A program made the translations under genes and the position numbers. Below the pieces are notes generated by a model. That model worked only from the letters and a program-made list of their open reading frames with translations, made no database searches and had not been told where the DNA came from. A DNA stretch of 57,068 nucleotides, counting the filler, from Sphacelaria rigidula (taxonomy: Eukaryota), in the NCBI GenBank assembly GCA_964200075.2. It is 3 parts of 3 records of this genome, joined end to end, with 100 filler letters (N's around TTAATTAATTAA, not from the genome) between each part and the next. Parts side by side here need not be neighbours in the genome. Positions count along the whole stretch, not along the records: positions 38,115 to 57,068 come from CAXNAA020000759.1; 2 more parts are not named here. One strand, given 5' to 3'. Numbering within the stretch: the first letter of the stretch is position 1; each line of letters starts with the position of its first letter. This document shows positions 51,948 through 57,068 of this stretch, one piece after another.

Positions 51948-54104
51948 ATGGCCGACGTGACATCGAAAGAGTGCAGCAACAAGGGCTGCTCCAAGCGCCC
52001 ATCGTACGGTGTACCGGGTTACAAGGCAGAGTTTTGCTCCAAGCATGCCCGAGCGGGAATGGTAACTATGGCGCGCAGGATGTGCGGCAACAAGGGCTGC
52101 TTCAAGCATCCGTTATTTGGTGCAGCGGGAAGCAAGAAGGCGGAGTTCTGCTCCAAGCATGCCAGTGCAGGAATGGTGGATGTGGTGCACAAGAAGTGCG
52201 GCGATGAGGGTTGCTCGAGAAATCCATCGTACGGTGTGGCGGGTACCAAGACGCCCGAGTTCTGCTCACAGCATGCCACCGTGGGACTGGTGTATGTCTT
52301 GATACAGTGCAGAGACGAGAGCTGCTCAAGACGACCATCTTATGGTGTAGCGGGAAGCAAGGAGCCACTGTTTTGCTCGGAGCACGCCCGGGTGGGAATG
52401 GTGAACCTCAAACACAAGACGTGCGGCGACGAAGGCTGCACCAGGCGGCCGTCCTATGGTGTAGCGGGAAGCAAGAATGAGGAGTTCTGCTCGAAGCATG
52501 CTACAGCGGGAATGGTGAATATCAAACACAAGAAGTGCGACGGCGAAGGCTGCTCCAAGGCACCGTCTTTTGGTACGGCGGGAAGCAAGGAGCCGCAGTT
52601 CTGCTCGAAGCACGCCGAAGCGGGAATGGTGAGCGTGGTGGGTAAGAGATGCGAAGACGCGGGCTGCTCGACGCGTTCATCGTATGGTGTGCCGGGAAGC
52701 AAGGAAGTGATGTTCTGCTCCAAGCACGCCAAGGCAGGAATGATACGCGTGGTGCGCAAGAAGTGCGGCAGCAAGGGATGCTTGAAGCATCCGTCGTTTG
52801 GTGCAACGGGAAGCGAGAAGGCGGAGTACTGCTCCCAGCATGCCAGGACGGGGATGGTAAATATCGTGGATAAGAAGTGCGGCGACGAGGGCTGCTCCAA
52901 GCATCCGTTGTTTGGTGTAGCAGGAACCGAGCAGGCTGAATTCTGCTCCCAGCATGCCAGGGCGGGGATGGTAAATATCGTGGATAAGAAGTGCGGCGAC
53001 GAGGGCTGCTCCAAGCATCCGTTGTTTGGTGTAGCAGGAACCGAGCAGGCTGAGTTCTGCTCCCAGCATGCCAGGGCGGGAATGGTGAATGTCGTGGATA
53101 AGAAGTGCCGCCATGAGCGCTGCTCCACACGCCCGTCGTATGGATCAGCGGGAACCAAGAGGGCGGAGTTCTGCTCTAAGCACGCTAGGGTGGGACTGGT
53201 GAATGTGATGCAGAGAAAGTGCGGCGACGAAGGTTGCTACACGCGTCCGTCGTTTGGTGCCAAGGGAAGCAAGAAGTCGGAGTTCTGCTCTCAGCATGCC
53301 ACTTCGGGGATGGTGAGTTTCAGGAGCAAGACGGGCGGTGTAAAAGGCATGTCAAGGTCGGCGCCTTCTGGCGCTGCGGGGAGGAAGGAGCGGCAGCTCC
53401 GCTCCAAGCATGCCAGGGCGAGCATGGTAAATGTAGTCACACAGAGGTCCAGCGCAGAGACATGCCCCAGGTTGGATGTCTTGAAGTGGCACAACCCTGA
53501 CGAGGCAAAGCCCTGCCGACAGGATTTTACCAAACATGACGCAGCGATCATGAACGACACCTCAGAGCTTACTGCATGGGTGGCTGCTTTCGGCCGTAGT
53601 CCGACGGAGGTCGGTGGAGAAAGCCTTGCTGGCGTGCAAGGAATCAAGCGCAAGAGCGCAGCATACTCGGCTTCTAGTGAGAGCAACAGTGTCGGTGCTC
53701 GCCGGAGTACGCGCACAGGTCCCAGACGGGGGGGTACACCGCCACCGTTGCTGTCACTACAGCTACTCTCAGGGGCTGATGGTGAAGTATCCGTAGAGGC
53801 AAGGACAGGGGCAGGGGTGAAGGTAGAGCAGGCAGACCCTTCGGCTGCACGCGGTGGCGACGGGGTGAGGCAGTGTAGCGAGCAGGTCACCCCTCCGCGT
53901 AGATGGGACAGCGTAGATGGTGGTACTAGCTTTAGCAACAGCAGTCCTACTTTGATTACGAGGAAGCCATGTCGTTTGTCAGCTGCTGTGTCTGTGTGCG
54001 TCGGTGCGTCTGATAACGTGGAAACTGAAGGGGCTAAGGAGAATCAAAACGGAAAGTTGAAGCTAGAAATGCCTCGGTCTCCTCTTTGGATACCGGACAG
54101 ATGA
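51948..54104 (+). CDS. EsV-1-7 cysteine-rich repeat protein, 718 aa (12 intact and 1 degenerate repeats, low-complexity tail)
   Basis: Uninterrupted ATG-to-TGA ORF with 37-38-aa units such as CGDEGCSKHPLFGVAGTEQAEFCSQHARAGMVNIVDKK. Confidence 0.93.
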   Translation: MADVTSKECSNKGCSKRPSYGVPGYKAEFCSKHARAGMVTMARRMCGNKGCFKHPLFGAAGSKKAEFCSKHASAGMVDVVHKKCGDEGCSRNPSYGVAGTKTPEFCSQHATVGLVYVLIQCRDESCSRRPSYGVAGSKEPLFCSEHARVGMVNLKHKTCGDEGCTRRPSYGVAGSKNEEFCSKHATAGMVNIKHKKCDGEGCSKAPSFGTAGSKEPQFCSKHAEAGMVSVVGKRCEDAGCSTRSSYGVPGSKEVMFCSKHAKAGMIRVVRKKCGSKGCLKHPSFGATGSEKAEYCSQHARTGMVNIVDKKCGDEGCSKHPLFGVAGTEQAEFCSQHARAGMVNIVDKKCGDEGCSKHPLFGVAGTEQAEFCSQHARAGMVNVVDKKCRHERCSTRPSYGSAGTKRAEFCSKHARVGLVNVMQRKCGDEGCYTRPSFGAKGSKKSEFCSQHATSGMVSFRSKTGGVKGMSRSAPSGAAGRKERQLRSKHARASMVNVVTQRSSAETCPRLDVLKWHNPDEAKPCRQDFTKHDAAIMNDTSELTAWVAAFGRSPTEVGGESLAGVQGIKRKSAAYSASSESNSVGARRSTRTGPRRGGTPPPLLSLQLLSGADGEVSVEARTGAGVKVEQADPSAARGGDGVRQCSEQVTPPRRWDSVDGGTSFSNSSPTLITRKPCRLSAAVSVCVGASDNVETEGAKENQNGKLKLEMPRSPLWIPDR

Positions 54105-55432
54105 TGGATGAGGCTCTGCCATATGCCAATTTGAAGGTTTAGATTCCCCAGGGAGTGTTCTGGCGTGCGCTAGGATTAATGCCCATTAATTTCGACATTA
54201 TTGTTTCCGAGATCTGAGAGTATTTTGGATTTTTCGCGCTGCGCGTTCAGACTACTCCGAAAACGAAGCGGCTTGTTTTCTCTGCTTACTTTCATTTTCG
54301 GAGGTCTAATCAGTCCGCATGGCAACGCAGCACTTCGGAAAGCTGCCCTGTGTATCCCGTGGCGCTCGGGAGCGTTTGAGAGTTATCAGGTGTCTCATCA
54401 GTCCCGAAACGCTCGGGGATCTTCAAAAAACAGTGTCTATATGATGATTGGCTTAGTCATCAGTTCCAACCGTCAGCAATCTCAAACGAGAGAACGTTGG
54501 CAAGGGTGATTTTCCATTCTGTCGAAGCGAAGGAGTTCGTAACTTTGTGGGGTTCTGGTAGCCCGATGCTACATTTTACCAAGTTTTGGTCGAAATGGGG
54601 TCATCATGGGTGCGATGGCCACCTCGTTTTGTGGCGATGTGCCACTAATTGGCTAGAAGCGGGGATGAAACGTGATGAACGTCGCACTTTGTGTGGAGTG
54701 GTTCACTGTCGCACCATTGCCATCAGCAGCCTTGCCAGATGGCCCGGGTGTGGTGATGGTGCAGCCATGTGGCGTCGGAAGCGGGTTGATGACTGGCGCA
54801 ACGACTCACCAAGTAGCCCTCCTCAGCGCGTATGGTGTGCTGGTTAATGAAAATACCGAATAACACCGTATTGTACTGCCGTTCTATCTCAACGATTGAA
54901 CGGCTCTCTCTTTTTCTGGTCCCGAGATCGACCACCATGGTTGTCCGATTATGCCGAGTCGATTCCTGCTTAGCTGCTATCCGTTCGCCGGATCAACTGT
55001 ATTCTTTTCGATTCGTCGCGATCTACACAAACCTCAGGTCTCGTTACGCTCTGATCCTCCACTTCCAGTACGAGCCAGCACGTAGAGCCGGCACAGAAAC
55101 ATGCACACATGCACACTTGATTACACACGGCACGCATACGAGCACACTGCGCGGTGTCCCTGCATCTTTTGCTGAGGTTGCTGAGTCGCTGCAGTCGACT
55201 GATTTCTGGGACAAAGCGTCAGCTGACAGTAGTTTGTTTTTACATCCACGCCGCCGAGTGCTGAAATTGCGCGGCGCACCTGCCCTGCAATCGTTATGCT
55301 AGTGATTTAGCGCCGAGGGCAGAAAGATATGACACGATGCAGCTTGACCGCCTCATACCAACCTCATTATACCACATCATCTCGGGCCTGTATTCAACAT
55401 GAATTGGCATGGGTAGCGGCGCTGGAATAATG

Positions 55433-55856
55433 ACAGGATCTTACAAATCGGGGATGGATCTTTTACTGCAGATGAAAAACCCGGAGAAGTAAAATCTTCG
55501 TATCCACACCAAATATTCGAAATATGGTTCCATTTCTCCACCCACTGATAGCTATTGACAACTGCTATACGCCATAGAAATTTGAACTTCGATCACCGAA
55601 ATGTTGAGGCCCTACGTGGAAAACCAATTTCGGAACCATTTTGGCGTCCGTTCGGACACCAATGTTCTTCACCTAGGATCCCAACATTTCGGTGATCGCG
55701 ATCCAAATTTCTATGGCGTGTAGCAGTTGTCAATAGCTAAACGTAGGTGAAAGGATGGGACCATAGTTCGAAGATTTGATGTGGATACGAAGATTTTAAT
55801 TCTCCAGGTTTCTCATCTCCAAAAAATATCCATCCCCGATTTGTGAAATCCCGTGT
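55433..55856. mobile_element. Foldback MITE family B, copy 3
   Basis: Near-palindromic: ACAAATCGGGGATGGAT...ATCCATCCCCGATTTGT, TTCGTATCCAC/GTGGATACGAA and GATCACCGAAATGTTG/CAACATTTCGGTGATC. Confidence 0.85.
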
Positions 55857-57068
55857 TTATGCGGTTACACACAACAGTGGATCCTGAAAAATGGGGTCGA
55901 TCCCCAAAGTCAGGTTCAAGTGGCATATGGTATTTGCAGAGGTACTACGAAACACTCGCACAGAGCGGAACCATCTTTCCCCCCAGAACTCTGCTGCAGT
56001 GAATCAGTTGTGGCCAGGTGCACCGAATGTATGCGGTGTACACGCGTGTTGATGACGATATCACAAGAGATATGAGCAACGACATAGAGGAAGCTCCTCG
56101 CTCGTGGCCTTTGTCTGTCCTCGCTCGGCGATTACCAATCGCTCGAGAGACTGGCGTCATGGATGGTACCAGCATGTACTCAATTTCTTATGTGCCGGTG
56201 GACATGTTATTACGTTGCTGCGCACAGCCGCCCAACGAACATCGAGGTGCGGAGAGATTTCCTCTCTTCATGTCTGTGAAGCTCACCAATGCGAAGATCG
56301 ATTTCTCTCTGCCTCTCTTCCTGCACAGGACGCGTCCCTGTGCGCTGACAAACGTGTCGTTGACGAACGAGGCAATGTTCCCGTGACCGCTACTACTGTT
56401 CTCTGCCACACACATGCCAGCAAGGGCAGTGCTGGCGCAATAACAACAGATCCAATTTGAACTTGGGGGTGTTATTCGTCGTTGGTTTTACCCGATAGGT
56501 AACTATCTCGGTGCCCGACCACGAGAGCGTACCACAGGCCAGTTGAGATGTGTGTGTGTGAGAGAGAGAAAGCAAACACTTGTGGAGACTCTCTTGATAT
56601 GCGGAGTGAGAAAATATCAATATGGTGGTGACCTAGCTGTTGCTAGCGTGGTGCAGAGGGGTGCGTCAATGCTGCAATCTGGAGCTTTCGTTGTTCTACT
56701 CTACTGACTACCGTCTGCAGAGAGGTCACCCACCGTAACATGAACTGCACTTCGCAACAGCCATAGAAACAAAACGGTTCGATTTTCCGTACTATGTCCA
56801 CATGATTAAAATGACTCTTGTTACCTAAGGATCTGTGGCTTCCCGGTCCCTTCGCCAGGTATGAAAGAACGACGACACAGCTTTTGCAAGTGAAGGTAAC
56901 ACTCACGGGGGGACAGAGGTTTTCTCCTCAGTAAAAGTCCCCATTTTCCCATCTGCAAACCGTTTCATGCTCGTTGCTTTCCAAAATGATTTTGAACTAA
57001 CAGCAAATTGTGCGAATTGAGGTTTACCTCTGAATTGAGGCTCAAGTGGGCAACCCGACTTGCGAACA

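Noticed and set aside
52019-53938. Antisense and alternate-frame ORFs over the second EsV-1-7 gene
   Set aside because: Shadow frames of the repeat array.
32065-54104. Endogenous giant-virus (phaeovirus) insertion suggested by EsV-1-7 genes
   Set aside because: No viral core genes or gene-dense tract; the flanks are host-type SINE/MITE-rich DNA; the two genes lie on different contigs.
17536-57068. Giant kinase intron hosting nested genes
   Set aside because: The contig ends at 18957, the downstream contigs are artificially joined, and no exon 3 (HPNI-type motif) was found.

Overview
Eukaryotic nuclear DNA, most likely a brown alga (Phaeophyceae; inferred from EsV-1-7-repeat genes, short exons in long introns and dense MITE/SINE content). 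The window is three unrelated contigs (1-18957, 19058-38014, 38115-57068; lengths 18957/18957/18954) joined by artificial N44-TTAATTAATTAA-N44 spacers, so nothing should be linked across the spacers. Contig 1 holds a multi-exon, disrupted gene resembling a cellular RNA-dependent RNA polymerase (RDR) on the minus strand, head-to-head with the first two exons of a NEK6/7-like kinase whose first intron is GC-AG. Contig 2 holds a decayed tyrosine-recombinase (DIRS/Ngaro-type) retrotransposon and a single-ORF EsV-1-7 repeat gene. Contig 3 holds a second EsV-1-7 gene with 12 intact repeats. Both EsV-1-7 proteins have arrays of C-x4-C-x15/16-C-x2-H units with variable positions, followed by a low-complexity tail with a basic cluster and two psi-K-x-E (SUMO-consensus) motifs. 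The rest is tRNA-derived SINEs, several MITE families, hairpins and satellites. All assignments were made by eye, without database searches.
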